Shown: one piece after another, positions 38,681 to 51,810 of the stretch
Layout of the letters: each line of letters begins with the position of its first letter
How positions within the stretch are numbered: position 1 is the first letter of the stretch
From: Lama glama
Taxonomy: Eukaryota
Length of the DNA stretch: 64,000 nucleotides
Direction: 5' to 3'
Assembly: GCA_028534125.1 (NCBI GenBank)
Contig: CM052816.1
Coordinates: forward strand, 65,598,001-65,662,000
Program-made: the position numbers and the translations under genes
Notes under the pieces: generated by a model
What the model saw: the letters and a program-made list of their open reading frames with translations, nothing else
What the model was told of the DNA's origin: nothing
The model's database searches: none

Positions 38681-39283
38681 AAAATAAACTTATCTACTAC
38701 TTTAACTTTCTTTTCTGACAAGCATACTCCCTACATAATAACTATATCTGTAATAAGAAAATTGACTGATTTGAATTTTACCTGTAAATCTCTGCGCTTC
38801 CTGGGGAGATGCCAAGGACTGCATGCTGGCCATCACCTGCAGGTCGCTCAAAGAGAAGAGTAACTAGTAGGACCCACCATTAGCTATTCGATATTGGCTA
38901 CCTCTTATTTACTGAGAGTCCTTGTAATCACAAGGGGAAGCAAGGATTTGGCTTCAGACATTAAATCAAGTCTTTTTGAGTGGCTAGATGGTTAGAAACA
39001 GAGTGAAGAATAGATTTTCAATAATAAGCCATACTTTCAATGAATGTCCTAAGGAAAAATAAGGTTAAGATCTGGAATAAAATAGTTTATATGCCTCCAA
39101 TTTGCATTTAATTTTGTGTCAGGGTGAAAGCTAATATAGAAAACTTGTAATGCAGAAATTATAAGACTTAAGAACACTTAACTTCCACTTAGGCTCTAAC
39201 AGAAGTATACTATCCTAACAGTGTCTTTGTAGTCTAAGATTTTAGGAAATTAAAAAAAATAATAATAACTAAATAAACTTTTA

Positions 39284-39470
39284 GGAGAGTCAGTGTAGCT
39301 CAGTGGTAGAGTGCATGCTTAGCATGCATGAGGTCCTGGGTTCAATCCCCAGTACCACCATTAAAATAAATAAGTAAATGCATAAACCTAATTACTTCCC
39401 CACAAAGCAAAACAAACAAACAAAAAAGCAAAAAATAAATAAATAAAATAAAATATTTAAAAAAAATTAA
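39284..39470 (+). mobile_element. Camelid tRNA-Ala-derived SINE (vic-1 type)
   Basis: gtgtagctcagtggtagagtgcatgcttagcatgcatgaggtcctgggttcaatccccagtacc, then taaacctaattac and an (A/C)-rich tail. Confidence 0.92.
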
Positions 39471-39634
39471 ATAGCCGTATTTTCTCACTCAGTCCAGAAA
39501 GAAGAAATACCGCGTGAACATAATACCTAGGCTAGGAAAATGGTCGATCAGTTAAGTTGGTCTTTGACACCTGTTTTCAGCTTCAGCTCCCTCAACCTCA
39601 TTATACCCTGTTATCTCCCCATGCCCCACACACT

Positions 39635-40085
39635 TATTTCCATTCACTATCCATTTGTAGACATGGAGGGTAAAATGGCATGCAAAATCAGATACAGTTC
39701 CTGCCCACATGGAATTCATAGTCCTATGGGGCAAGGAAACATTAATCAAATTGCCACATACACACACGTACATGGAACTGCACCAGGGGCAGATGCTATA
39801 AAAAAGAAACACAGAGTTCCAAGAATCTATGAGGAGGTTTGTGACCTAGTCCAGTAGATCAGGAATGGCTTCCTTAAGGAAGGATTGTTTACACTGTGAT
39901 TCGAAAGATCAATAGAAATGAACCAGGAGAAGAAACACAAGAGAGAGAACTCTTGTGGTAAATGAACAAGTGGTGAGTGGTGAATAAGAGCCAGGGGAAG
40001 GTGGGCACAGAGGAGAGAAGAGGCTCAGCCTTCCTGGTCTGCCACACTGAAGATTCTTCCTTTATCCTGAAAGGAATGGGCAGCA
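39635..40085 (-). mobile_element. L2 fragment
   Basis: cagttcctgcccacatggaattcatagtcct..ggaatggcttccttaaggaagg..ctttatcctgaaaggaatggg. Confidence 0.7.
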
Positions 40086-41074
40086 ACCACATTTCCAAGA
40101 TCAGGAATGCGTTTCTCATCTGTGTGCCTCTGAAAGTCAAAATACGACCCGTATTTCCAAGGGGGAAAACCAAATCCCACCCACCCAAGCCTCTAGCACT
40201 TCAAGTTCTCAAGGTGTGAGATGTTTCTGGCTGAGAGGGGGTGTCATTGTTTAATCTACACAGAAATAGGCATGTGTTTTTATTTATTTATAAAATCTTA
40301 TTTCTTCTGGTCATTTTGTTAGTGACATTAGCAAATGCACTGCCTGCCTCCTCGAGTCTGTTTTTAGGTATTGTTTTTCATCCCCTTCTCTCTCTTCTTG
40401 CTCTCTGCTGTCTTGGCTGTCTCCCCATGATTCATGCGTTCTTTTCCATTTCCCATCTGTGGGAGGAGGGGTGGTATCCCAGAGCGTAGAGAAGGACCAC
40501 GTGACCGGAAAAGAGAGAAAACTGTAGGAGTTGGGGGATAGCTGCTCTTAGGTGCTCTGGAGCTGAAGCCTGAAGCATCTGTCTAGAGTCTGTACCATCA
40601 CAGTCACTCTGCCAGTTTGACTCGAAGCTAAGGAGAGTCTGGTGCTTCACTTTTCCTCCTAAAGTTTATGCCATAGTCCATTCACTGAGTCGCTCCTTTT
40701 GTCACCCAATAATCCTGAAACCATTTCCCTTCTGCGCTCCAGGCAGTAATTTTCTAAATAGTGTGCAGGCTTCAGTCTCGCCACCCACCCCATCCTCCTT
40801 GCCTCTTCTTCCACAGGGACCTCTCTAAAGGGCAAAACAGTCCATCCCTCTCCTGCACAGTGTGCCCTGAGTCTCCAGTGTCTTTAGTTTGGGATTTCTC
40901 AACTTCGCATACCTCACCCTAACTGCACCCTGTTCGTGGGAAGTGTTTTACAATTCCTTAAACACATCATCTTTTTTTTTTTTTGACTTTAATAAAACTT
41001 ATTGGATTTAAAATTTGACTTTTATTATTCATAATGTCAAAATCATAGTTTTAAACAAGTAATTCTTAACTCCT

Positions 41075-41530
41075 TTTATGGAGGTAAAATTTGCATACTT
41101 AGCAAGGCACAAATCTTAAGTGTACAGTTCAGTCATTTTCAGAAATGCATAGAACCAGGTAATCACCACCCCAGTCAAAAGAAAGAGCATTTCTATCATG
41201 ACTGAAAGTTGGCTTCATGTCCCCCTCTAATCAAAACGCTCCCTCCATTGGTCTAGTTTCTATCACATAGTTTTCCATGTTCTTAAACTTCATAGAAATG
41301 GAATCATACAGTATGTAGTCTTTTATGCCTGGCTTTTTTGGCTCAGCGTAACATTTCTGAGATTTATCCATGTCCTGTACATTAGTTCATTCTGGTGATT
41401 GCTGAGTAGTGTTCCATTATATTAATACAATTCTGTCACAATATGTTTGTCCTTTTTCCGGTTGGGCATTTGTTGTTTCTAATTTTTTGAAACATGGTGA
41501 ATAAAGTTACTGTAAACAAGTACTTTTGTG
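41075..41530 (-). mobile_element. Old L1M fragment
   Basis: ttttatggaggtaaaatttgcata..cacaaatcttaagtgtacagttc..catagaaatggaatcatacagtatgtagtcttttatgcctggcttt. Confidence 0.85.
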
Positions 41531-41564
41531 CACATGTTAAACACATCCTCTTATTTCTTTTGTC

Positions 41565-41945
41565 AGCCTTTGACCAAGCTATTCCTTCTGATCAGAATGT
41601 CTCCCCTCCCCGACCCCTTCTGCTTGGTGAGACCTGTCCCTTCCTTTGAGACTCATCTAAGGCTTGTCTCTTCTTAAAAGTCTTCTGCTCCCGTTGTGTT
41701 ACACCCAGATTTCTGTGCTTCCTCGGCAGCCTGTGTATTGCTTTTTGTTTTGTTGTTTTTTTTTAATACCACTTCCCCAGTAGAACTGTGCATGCTCTTT
41801 TCTTGTCTACCTCTCCAGTAAGAATGAGTTTCCTGGGGGCTCCTGTCCTGTCTACCTCATTCATTGTGTACCCTCCTCACCCCCAGAGTGGAGTTTGGCA
41901 TCTACTTGGTGTCTGTCAAATGCTGTCTCGATTAATGAATTAATC
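41565..41945 (+). mobile_element. L2 3' fragment
   Basis: gctattccttctgatcagaatg..cctttgagactcatct..cattgtgtaccc..tttggcatctacttggtgtctgtcaaatgctg..taatgaat. Confidence 0.65.
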
Positions 41946-42349
41946 CTATTATTTTCTGCCCTTGTGATCAATCCTCTCAAGTGCGCCATGCTCATTTGGA
42001 AAAGTTGAGCTCTGACTGGTCAGCATCTTCTTGGCCAGCCAGTTTCACCACAAATAGAATGGGTTTTCCTTATCCAGGTGTCTGTAATGCTTCTCCTACA
42101 CTCATGGGTTTGCACAAAGTGCACAATACTTATTGGTCAAAGTGACCTCATGGCAACCCCTCAGAGCATTGAAACCTCTCCTTGTGACCATTTGAGAGAG
42201 CCTCTCTCATTGCCAAGCTCAAATCAGACACCCATCCAGCCCAACCCAACCCAACCCAACCTGGAGACTGTATTTCTGGTTTTTACAGATTCATTTCTTA
42301 GGCTTTTCCCTTCATCTGAAATCTTCATTCCATCCCCCGCAACTGCGTA

Positions 42350-42560
42350 ATATTAAAAATATTAAGTGTTTACCTTGAGCCAGGCATTAGGCCGAAAACT
42401 GTACATGACAAACTTTGCTTTATCTTCATGAATATCCTTGGAGATAGGTTTTACTCTCCTTGCAGAGAAGGAAGCTAAAACACAGAGAATGCGGTAACTT
42501 ACCCGTGCTCACACAGCTTGGGAGTGACAGATCTGGGATTTGAACCCAGGCTCCTCTGAG
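42350..42560 (-). mobile_element. MIR
   Basis: gaaggaagctaaaacacagagaatgcggtaacttacccgtgctcacacagct..ctgggatttgaacccagg. Confidence 0.8.
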
Positions 42561-42799
42561 GGGCCTTTCTCCTACTTCACATCCAGCTCAAAGACCCACT
42601 TCTCAAGTTTTTGTTGTTGTTCTTTTTTTCTCCTTTCCCTCTTTTTTTTCCATGGACCTGTTTCAACAACTATGTATTTCTTAGCGTTGGGCATCTATCA
42701 TTTTCTGTATCCTCCTGTTCATGATCTTTTCATGCATATAACTTGCCTCCTCTTAGAAGCAGAGATGGAAATTTTCTGCTTTGTGATTTCCTCCCTGAG

Positions 42800-43060
42800 A
42801 GATGGTAAAGCTTGGGGCTTCTGAGTGTGGGTTCTGGAGGAGGCAGGCTTCTGGGGTTCATATTCTGGCTGTCCTCTGTACCGGCCGTATCACCTGGGGG
42901 CAAGTTCCCTCACGTTTCTCTGCCTCCGCTTCTGCATCTGTACAAAAAGGCAAGTTGTACTCTGACTCTGAGAGTGGTTGTGAGGATGGAATGGGTTAAT
43001 GCCCCCAGCACACTTACAGCAGCGCCTGGCGCATAATGGCTCCTCAGGGAATGGCACTTA
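42800..43060 (+). mobile_element. MIR
   Basis: gggttctggag..gggttcatattctggct..gggcaagtt..gtggttgtgaggat..cacttacagcagcgcctggcgcata. Confidence 0.8.
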
Positions 43061-44946
43061 GGCTCATTCCCTCACAGCCTGTAGGGGCCCTTGGTACCCA
43101 GGTGATGTCCCTACACCTCAGTTGGGTGACTGGTGCAGGAAGTATTCTCGTGGGCTGCTGTGGATGCAGGGGATTGCACTCCTGTTGAGGAGTTCTGTTC
43201 ATGACCATGGGCTTTGGTTTGCTTCTCTCTCTGTCAGGGAGTCCTGCTGCTCCAACCCTGGGGAACTGAAATGTTGTGAAACCTTTTTCTGCTCAAATTT
43301 CTCAGACTCCGAGATTCCTCCGGGATTGCTGCTCAGCGCTTCAGGTGGCAACCCTTCTCTCCTGTCCTCAGGCCTGTGGAGAGCAGTCACTCAGCAACCT
43401 GTCCAACACCTGTTGTCACCTCACCCACACTTCCTCAGTGCCTTGGCCCTGCCCACAGGGGCCAGGCCCACTTGGAGCCCTCTGGTCACAGAGTTTGGAA
43501 TCAGCCAACTGACAGCTCCTTTCTCAAAAATGGGCAGTGGAATCACATGCACATTAATATTTATCAATAGCTAAATACCATTGAAAAGTGAGGAAGAGCC
43601 CTCAGGTTAATCACTGTGTCTGATTTTACAAGATGGCTAAGTCGTGTGTAAAATATCTCACAATGACAGGCCCTATTGTCCTGAGGATTCAGCGCTACTG
43701 AGATGCATTTACCATGTGAGAGAGTGAGAAATAGATTTCCTTTCTCTCTCCAGGACACAGAAAATGGAAGATAAGATGCTTTTCTTGGTCACCAACATCA
43801 GCTTCTTGTGAAGATCTTACTTTGGTTAAAGTAGTATTTAAAAAAAAAAAAAAAGAAAGAAAAAGAAAAACCGTTAAGGGATATTTCTTAAAAAGGACTC
43901 AAACCTAAGTAGATAAATATACTTTATTTCAATGTGCAAGCATTTGACATAACTATGAGTGACAGAGAGAAAAAAACAGTTTCTTTTTTTAAAAAATGAG
44001 TTCCCTCCCAGTGGTTTATTTGAAAATGGATTTCCATCCAGAACATCTTCATTTGTCTTCTAATTTTCATGCAATTTGAAAGGGTTAGGTTTCTTACCGC
44101 AGGGATCATGTTGATCAAATCTCAGTGGATCGGCTTAGGCATTCTGATTTTACAGGCAAATTTATGTCTTGTCATTTCAGGAAATGTTTCAGGAAATGCT
44201 TCCTTCACTACCATCTCTGATGAAAATCTTATTTGTATAATATATGGACATAGTATATTCCTCTCCTGCAACTTAATCTGTGTAAAATTTTAGATAAGAT
44301 AGATGATCTGGTTTTTTTTAAGTGTAAGAATAAGCAGTTACCCTTTTGTGATACTCATTTTAAATTCCTACTGGTACGGGAGATTTAAATGCATGTCCAA
44401 AGAATGGCCTATCGATGAATTCTCCCATTTTATCAGAAGTTTAGTTGCACCTTTGAGAAAGAAGACTTCTGGCTTCCTCTGCATTCTCCAACATTTCTCA
44501 ACATCTATTGGCATGTGAGGTGGAGACAAACTGGTGCTAGGAAGCAGGCAGGAAGCCAGCAGCAGTCAGAAAATAAAGAATAAAATAAACATTTACCATA
44601 TTCACTTTACGGAGCTAACCTAGTCTTTTAAAATATTGTACTATTGATACCATATCACTAATATATTACTTCTTTCTAAAAGTCATTAAAATAAATGCAC
44701 ACTTTTTTTTTCCTTGTACTCTGCATTTTTCAAATTTCCATAAACAAAAACTATCAATAAATAAGCAGAAGCTCTACTGATTGCCGCTTCTAAGATCTGA
44801 AAGGACTGATTTGACTTACCAGAAACTTACTTTGGGCAGGTGAGCTGTTCTAAGAAGGAGCATACTTAACTTGTTTTCATTGAATAAATTACAAATCAGG
44901 GCTAATAGTTTGTAAATTATAAAAATATTCTTCTTACTTGGGTAGG

Positions 44947-45275
44947 TGTACTAGTCAGGGTAGGTGAAGTTATACTGCAGTAACACACACCCCCACTGTG
45001 AACTCTGGTGACCCTTCAGGCCAACAATCTCCACCTGATTGTGCAACACCTCCACATCAGTCCCAGGCATCTATACTCCCCACACTAGGAGAAACAGTTA
45101 GCAATCCAAACAATAGCAGTTAAGTGCTTCCACCCAGAGAAAAAGGAATCCGCTTTCACTTTTTCAAAGCAGTGCGACTTTGTTAATTTCATGGAGGCAG
45201 GGAAGCACAATTGTCCAATGGGGTCAGAAGGAGAAGAAAATTGGAAATTGGTGAATAGTTGAAAATATCCATCTT
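44947..45275. mobile_element. MaLR LTR (MLT1-type) fragment
   Basis: Starts tgtactagtcagggtaggtgaagttatactgcagtaaca; later gcagggaagcacaat..ttggtgaatag. Confidence 0.6.
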
Positions 45276-45479
45276 AGTTTGTGAATGAGGATCATAGTAT
45301 TATCTTACACTGTCACATTTTTTCAAAATGTTTTACTGAAAAATTTTCTGTGATTCCCCAGAGCCCTGAAGATGAAACATAAATTCTTTAGTGGGGCCTT
45401 TTGGCTGTCAGTCAGTCACCCAGCACCTGCCTCTCTCACCATGTCTCCTTTATTTGCTGCGTCCTGTAAGACTCTCTCC

Positions 45480-45880
45480 AGGAATGACGAGCTTATTGTG
45501 CTCTGTTTCCTGCTAATTTTTCCTACCTTTGTACAGTCTGCTTCATCTGCCGGGATCACTGTTTCCTAACAAGCCTCACCGTCTATCTCCTTGGACAGTT
45601 CTGCTACTGTGCCACCTGCCTCCTCCAGGCCCCAGGCCCGAGGACTGGATTATTGCTGTGGCTCCTCCTCTGAATTTCATCAGCAGCCTTTGCAAACTTT
45701 AACAGAATTCTTCCTGGGTTATGACAAGCTCTGTAACTATCTCTCCTCCCTTAAAGAGTGAAAGTACTAGAGAACAAGAACCAGGGCCCACTTATCTTGG
45801 TATCACCAAAAGAGTATCTCACCCAGAATAGGGGCTTAATGTATACTTGTTCAATGAATGAATGAATGAATGAATGAATG
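45480..45880 (+). mobile_element. L2 3' end with (AATG)7 tail
   Basis: cttatcttggtatcacca..acccagaataggggcttaat..ttgttcaatgaatgaatg (45853-45880). Confidence 0.75.
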
Positions 45881-47849
45881 GGTTTTACCTGCCTTATTCT
45901 AGCTGATTGTTCATATTCTTCAGGGCAATATGTTTTTCTCACATCTTCACACAGGACTTAAAATGGGTATTTCATGGAGTAGTATACAAAAAGTATTTAA
46001 ATGAATTGGATTTATTTCTGAGCTATATCTCTGGGAATTGATTTCTGATCTCCATCACATTTAGACTTTATACACTACACTATGTTAGAGACGTGGAGTC
46101 ACCTGTAAACCACATCTGGGACTCATTCTTATGGGTTTATTAAACTTCACATTTAATCAGAGTATCCACTGCCAAGGCTTCTGGTGCCATATCTTAAACC
46201 AAATATTTAAGAAACACTGTCTGCAAAACAAAGCTGCCCTTGTGCTTTGGAAACTCTTTCAAATAACATGCCATTTCTCTAACCTTGACTCTATTAAAGA
46301 TATAACATTGCAGCAATTTGTTGGATTCTATGTCAAGAGACTGACATTTTGAAAGGGTGGCCTGTTTCTTCATTTGTAGGTAAATTATTCCCATGTGCTT
46401 TGGATAGAGAAATGGAAATTATGGGAATGGACTTAGCCTTTCAACAATGTGATTGATCCGTGGGGACATCATTCCAGAAAATAAGAACGAGGAAACAGAC
46501 CAAAAAAAAAAAAAAAAAAAAAAACTCTTCTTGAGTGTTATTTGCCACTTTTCAAAATATCCAGTATAAACCTAGGAGAAGTTTTCTTTTTTTTTTTCTT
46601 TCGCTTTCCTAATGAGAAAGTCTTTAAAGTGTATTTTTACATTATTTTGTATTGCGGGACTATGTTCACAAGCTATCAGCGAAAGGGGACATTTGACGTT
46701 ACAGGTGAACTTTGAGGATGACTTTGTAAGACATTTTCACAGCAGGAAGTGTCATGGAGAATAATCAGAGTCATTTACACTCCTCCCTGCAGTTTAGGTC
46801 CAACAAAGCCAGTGGGGGCTTTGGCACTTTGAAGTTAGTAGCGTCAAACTTCTCCAGAATGAATATTTAAATTGTTTTCTATTAATTTCCTTAAACAAAG
46901 TTCATGCAATAAGTGAAATCATCTCTTCTTGATAGCAATGAATCACACGTATCAATGGGTCCAGAATGACTGGAAATCATACCATGGCCCATATAAAATA
47001 AGAATTATATTATTTTAAAGTTTTCTTTTTACGGCTAATAATAAATAACATTATGGGCATATATATTCAGACTTCTTTTTTCTCAATGAGTATCTTAAAA
47101 TGTATTAAACCATTAAATAGTCTCATAAGATGAAGGGTAGACAGGTACCACTTTAGCAGTTTTACATGAGTTATTGTTAATATTTATTAACATTTAGTGT
47201 CATTTACTAAAGGAGGTAACTGAAGTTAAGCTGTTTCCTGATGACCCAGAGGACAGAGCTATGGTCTTATTTGAATATGGGTATTTGGGGCTTATACTCT
47301 TTCTCTTTTCCTCTATTGCCATCAGTTAAGGCTGTACTTAGTTTTTTGTTTGTTTGTTTGTTTTTAAAAGAGTGACTAGCTTGCAATTCTGAAGTTCACA
47401 ATCCTCCCACTCCACTCACTGATTTTCCCCACCTATGTAGTATGACTTTTCTCTATGTAAAATCTATGTGTTTTGTGTATTGCTTCTGAGACTGGGAACA
47501 GCACAGATGTTGTGTTCATGATGTCTTCACAGATAGTATGAAACATGAACACAGCAATCGTTAGTACATATCCTTAAATTCTCCTGACCTCAGTCATCAC
47601 CCTAACATGACTCTCCCAGCAGAGAGATGAGAACTTCTCTAAATCTTCTGCTGGTACTTTTCACCCCAGAAGAAATTGAACATACATGCCTGGTATCTGG
47701 GGGAGCAGCCTAGAGTTATGGTGTCAAATACAATTTTTTTTCAACACCTCCAGTTTTATCTTAAAAATCTGTGTCTTCTGATCTTTTACTCTTCTCTTAT
47801 TTTTTTCAACATAAAAATAGATTCTTTTTCTCCAAATTTTTGGCTTTGG

Positions 47850-48300
47850 CTCTGCTTTTACTATTCTGCCATCTGAATGCACAGCCTTACAGTAATAGAA
47901 ACTCCTTCTCCCACCCCAGCACACTGATATCCAAATGAGGCAGTGGTTTGCATTCCACCAGATATTTCCATGGCTTTCTCCCTTCAAGTCTTCACTCAAA
48001 AGTCACATCAGTGTAGCGTTTTCTAGACAACAGCTTGAGAACTAGTCGTCTTCTAACTAGAACTAACTCCCACCCTTGCTATATTTGTCTCTGTCTTACT
48101 TATCACATTCTGATATACCTCATAATCCTCTTGGTTTTATTTCTCAAATGTCCTCTTTATTGTAATGTCCATATTCCTCCAACTAGAATGTGAACTGTGT
48201 AAGAGAAGTTTGTTCTGCTTTGTTTCCTGTTATAGCCCCAGAGCCTAGAATAGCACTTCATATATAATAGATGCCCTATTCAGGTTTGTAGGAAGAAAAT
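47850..48300 (+). mobile_element. L2 fragment
   Basis: ccagatatttccatggctttctcccttcaagtcttcactcaaaagtcac..caactagaatgtgaact..ccccagagcctagaatagcac. Confidence 0.75.
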
Positions 48301-49882
48301 TGGTGAATCTCTCTCTCTGTAAGTCTGCAGTCATTGTTGAGTAGTAGTCCTGAAGTTTATGTTTCCTGTACAACCAGATATCTTCCCTCTAGAGCCACCA
48401 ACAGTATTCCATATTAAATGTCTGCCATTTTATAAAGAGGCAGAGTGTTAGTGACGGCTCATCCTGTCATTTGAAGTAAAGTACTTCTCGGCTCTTTCCC
48501 TCCATAATTTCTCCTTCTTTGCCTTGTTAGTTTACACTTTCCTCCCTGTAGCTGATGTCATTTGCAATATAGCAATATAGCAATGCCATCTGCACTTAGC
48601 ATCTTGTAGCTTCAGTGTTTGTTGTCTTTATGTCCACTTTGCTATTTTAGCTCATTCTTCAGTTAAATAAAATGCCGTGCTCTCTCAGGATGTCAGCAAC
48701 TAAAAGAAGGGTACACCAACTGTGAGGGTTAGTGTAAAATGCTTATATCGACTCATAGGACATACATTAGTGGACATAAACTTACTGACAAAATTACTTC
48801 TAAAATATATTCTGCAAACCATCATTGTCCTTTAAACATCTGACAAAGTGAGAAAGGCTGGCCTCAGTCTTCAGCTCTGCTCAGTGACTCTGTGGCCAGT
48901 TTTCCACGATGGCCAGGCTGGCATGTAAAGAGTCTCAATCCCAAGGTGCCAACAGGACCAGGAAATGATACTCATGGTGTGATGTCATTGCAGTGAGTAG
49001 ATATCAGAGTAGGGAGTGAGGAAGGATAACAGAAATAAGAAATGGATGCGAAATCAGAGCATGTGGTGTTTTCAGTAGTTATTACGGCATTGCTTAGAAT
49101 GGTACAGAGGATCTTACGGATAAAATTGTAAATCACAGCTATACAAAATTTTGCTTTATAGTAGTCCATTTTGTAAGTCTAGATTTAGCAAAAAATCTCT
49201 TGGTTTATGTTTCTTCTTGGAGAACATTGAGATGTAGGGAACAAGGAACATTAGATCAAAGACTTCTCTGCCTGAAAAAAATTACGGATTTCAGCTTTCT
49301 ATTCTTATGCATTTTCTTATTTGACAAGTCTTTATGTAGAAGATTTCTAAAGATAATGATTCTGTGTAACATTTCTTTAAAGTTTTATTTAAAACAACAC
49401 ATCTCATCATTTAAAAATAGAAGTAACAGTCATTATATGTTTGCCTCCTTGACTGCCCACCTGCCTGCCTTCCTTCCTTCTTTTCTTCCTTTCTTCTACC
49501 TTCCTTTGTTTTTCCCCCTACCTATTTATAAAAAAGACTTGCAGTATCCTACAAAGAGTACAAAGTCAAATAAAGTTTTGGTTTTTTAAATTCAGGACTT
49601 CAAAAAGGGAAAATTGGATGAAGAGAAAGTGGATACAATAGTCAGGGTCATTGTGTTTTCTCTGAAGGAGCTCAGAAGTCTGTCTCACAAGTACACAGTG
49701 GCCAGACTTAGCAGCCAAGCAGGAGAAACATTAGATGCAAAGAACACAACATCCGTTTCTCAGGGAAGGCAAAGATTTCCTTGTACTATACCCTAAAATA
49801 TATTTTCTTGGGGCAAACCATTTGGATAAAGAACAGTGAGTGCTATAACAGCCTGTGTCTACCACTGCTTCACAGCAAAGGA

Positions 49883-49932
49883 GAATTCATTCCCAAGGTA
49901 TGAATTCATTCCCAAAGGAGAATTCATTCCCA
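49883..49932. repeat. Three copies of gaattcattccca
   Basis: Copies at 49883-49895, 49902-49914 and 49920-49932. Confidence 0.93.
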
Positions 49933-50030
49933 TGGGCAAGTCACTTCACCTCTTTCCACCCCAGAGCTCTCTGCTTTTGTATTTGGAAACCAAAAGCATC
50001 TCCCTCATAGGGTTTTTGTGCTGGTTATAA
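49933..50030 (+). mobile_element. MIR core fragment
   Basis: tgggcaagtcacttcacctct..cctcatagggtttttgtg. Confidence 0.6.
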
Positions 50031-51319
50031 GAGAGGCTCTTAACCCAGTGGACAGCTAGTGTGGGAGAAATAAAGAATGCAAGAGAATTTGTATAAAGTG
50101 TCAAAATCAGAACATTATGACATGGGTTAGAAATTCCATCACAGTTCTGCCAGGTGCATGAGAAGTCCTCTATCTCAGGTGTGCAAGCCTCTGCCCTTGT
50201 AATGTGACACTCACTGCCTGCCCCTGAAGAGAACTCAGCAGAGTCTGAAAAGTGAAGAATAACATTTGTATTGTATTCTGTGAAAATTTATTAAAAAATA
50301 TCACCGAGGACAGGGTCCATAAACTCTGGAGAGCAGCCAGAAAGCACATACAACATTCAAGTAAGTTTAGAAAAACTGAGGAAACCTGAGCTGTATATTC
50401 ACCTGAAGTAGGACCCTTCCACTTCTTCCAGCAAATAACCTGAGGTGACCAGGGTCCCACGGAGCACAGACTGTCACATCTAACGAAGCTCTTACTCACC
50501 CAGCAGTGGCTTGGAACTAGGTCAGGGTGTTTCATCTGTTTGCACGAGGAGCAAGGATGATGGGATATTCTCATTTGCCTTGGAATACCCTAATTACAAT
50601 TGGGATAAACATGGCAGAAAAGACCGGGGTCACTTGCATACCCACCTTAGAATCTGAAAACGTCAGGGGTACCAGTGGCGGGACTCCTTTTGGTTCAGTC
50701 CCCAAAGGCTTGGATGGGAAGAGGGTCCACGTGGCATCAGTAATTTTACAGGTTTTCAACTAGCTGGGGATGAGGGGTGGCGAGCAGGATGACCTCATGA
50801 AGGGAGTTACACTTGTCGTCAGGAGACCGGTGTTTTCCTTTAGCTCTTTTCTCTCTGCTCTTCCGCAAGTGCGTGTACCTTTGCCCGGTGTGTTTCATCT
50901 TACACCCTTACCCCCTCGGCAGTTTAGAATGAAAACATATTTATTCGGATGGTTACGTACCCTTTGTTTTTCTGATTTTTACAGCAGCATTCTGAATGAC
51001 TGTGTTGCACGTAGAAACAGGATCCTAAAGTCTTTTGTAGTCAGGCATGACTGACCTCTTTGGGAAAAGTGAGACAGCCTCTGACTTAGGTGTCTACGTT
51101 GTTTCATGGTTAACCTTTCTGACACAGTTTCAGTCCTGCTCCATTGTGTTCCTTCCTCCGTGGAGATTCAGAAGAATTGACGTCTAAGGAAAACTGCCCA
51201 CCATAGAATTAGAAATCATAGCCGCCTCTTCGGACTGCTGATGTACTCGTACTCCTTTAGATTTTACAAATATTAATTCTCAAGTTCAGCCTTCTTTCTT
51301 AGTGGACATTGCTGAAAAT

Positions 51320-51810
51320 ATTGTGGTGAGAAGCTTGGAGCTCGAATTAAAGTCTGGGTGCATATTCTGGCTCCGCCACTTACTAGCTGGGTGGCCTTGG
51401 GTGGGGCAACTGCTCTGTCTTAAGTCTCCTCCTCTGATAAGTCAAGTTTGGGGTAACCGTGGTCCCTATTTTATAAGGTTGTAGAGGAGTTTCATGAAGA
51501 TGATGCAAGTAAATCACTTAGAACAGCGCTTAGCATGCTGTAAGTTATAAGTTGGCCATTATGTTAGCCACCTCAGAAACAGATGGAGTCAGACTTGAAA
51601 CAGTGGTGCAAGGAAAAGAGCATGGACTTTGGCTTTATTAGTGTCCACTGGCTAACTCTGTGACCTTGGGATCTGAGACTCAGTGTCCTCATCTCCAAAT
51701 TGGGGACAATAATACTTGTTCTGTAAGATGGTGGTGGAAATGTAATGAGATGGTTCCTACAAAGGCCTTGTTGCCCCTGAAGCCTGGCACTTAGCAGGTG
51801 GGAGCTATGC
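51320..51810 (+). mobile_element. Two tandem MIRs (~51320-51570 and ~51600-51810)
   Basis: ctggctccgccacttactagctgggtggccttggg..cacttagaacagcgct; ctgtgaccttggg..ctcagtgtcctcatctccaaattggggacaataata..gcctggcacttagcagg. Confidence 0.85.

Noticed and set aside
42350..43060. Inverted MIR pair as a dsRNA element
   Set aside because: The copies are too diverged to form a long duplex.
43122..43574. 150-aa ORF and overlapping frames
   Set aside because: Non-ATG start in a locally GC-richer stretch; no domain.
47507..47559. Hairpin tgtgttcatg..catgaacaca as a pre-miRNA
   Set aside because: The stem is too short and the loop too large. The PDE4D-hosted miR-582 sequence was not seen in this window.
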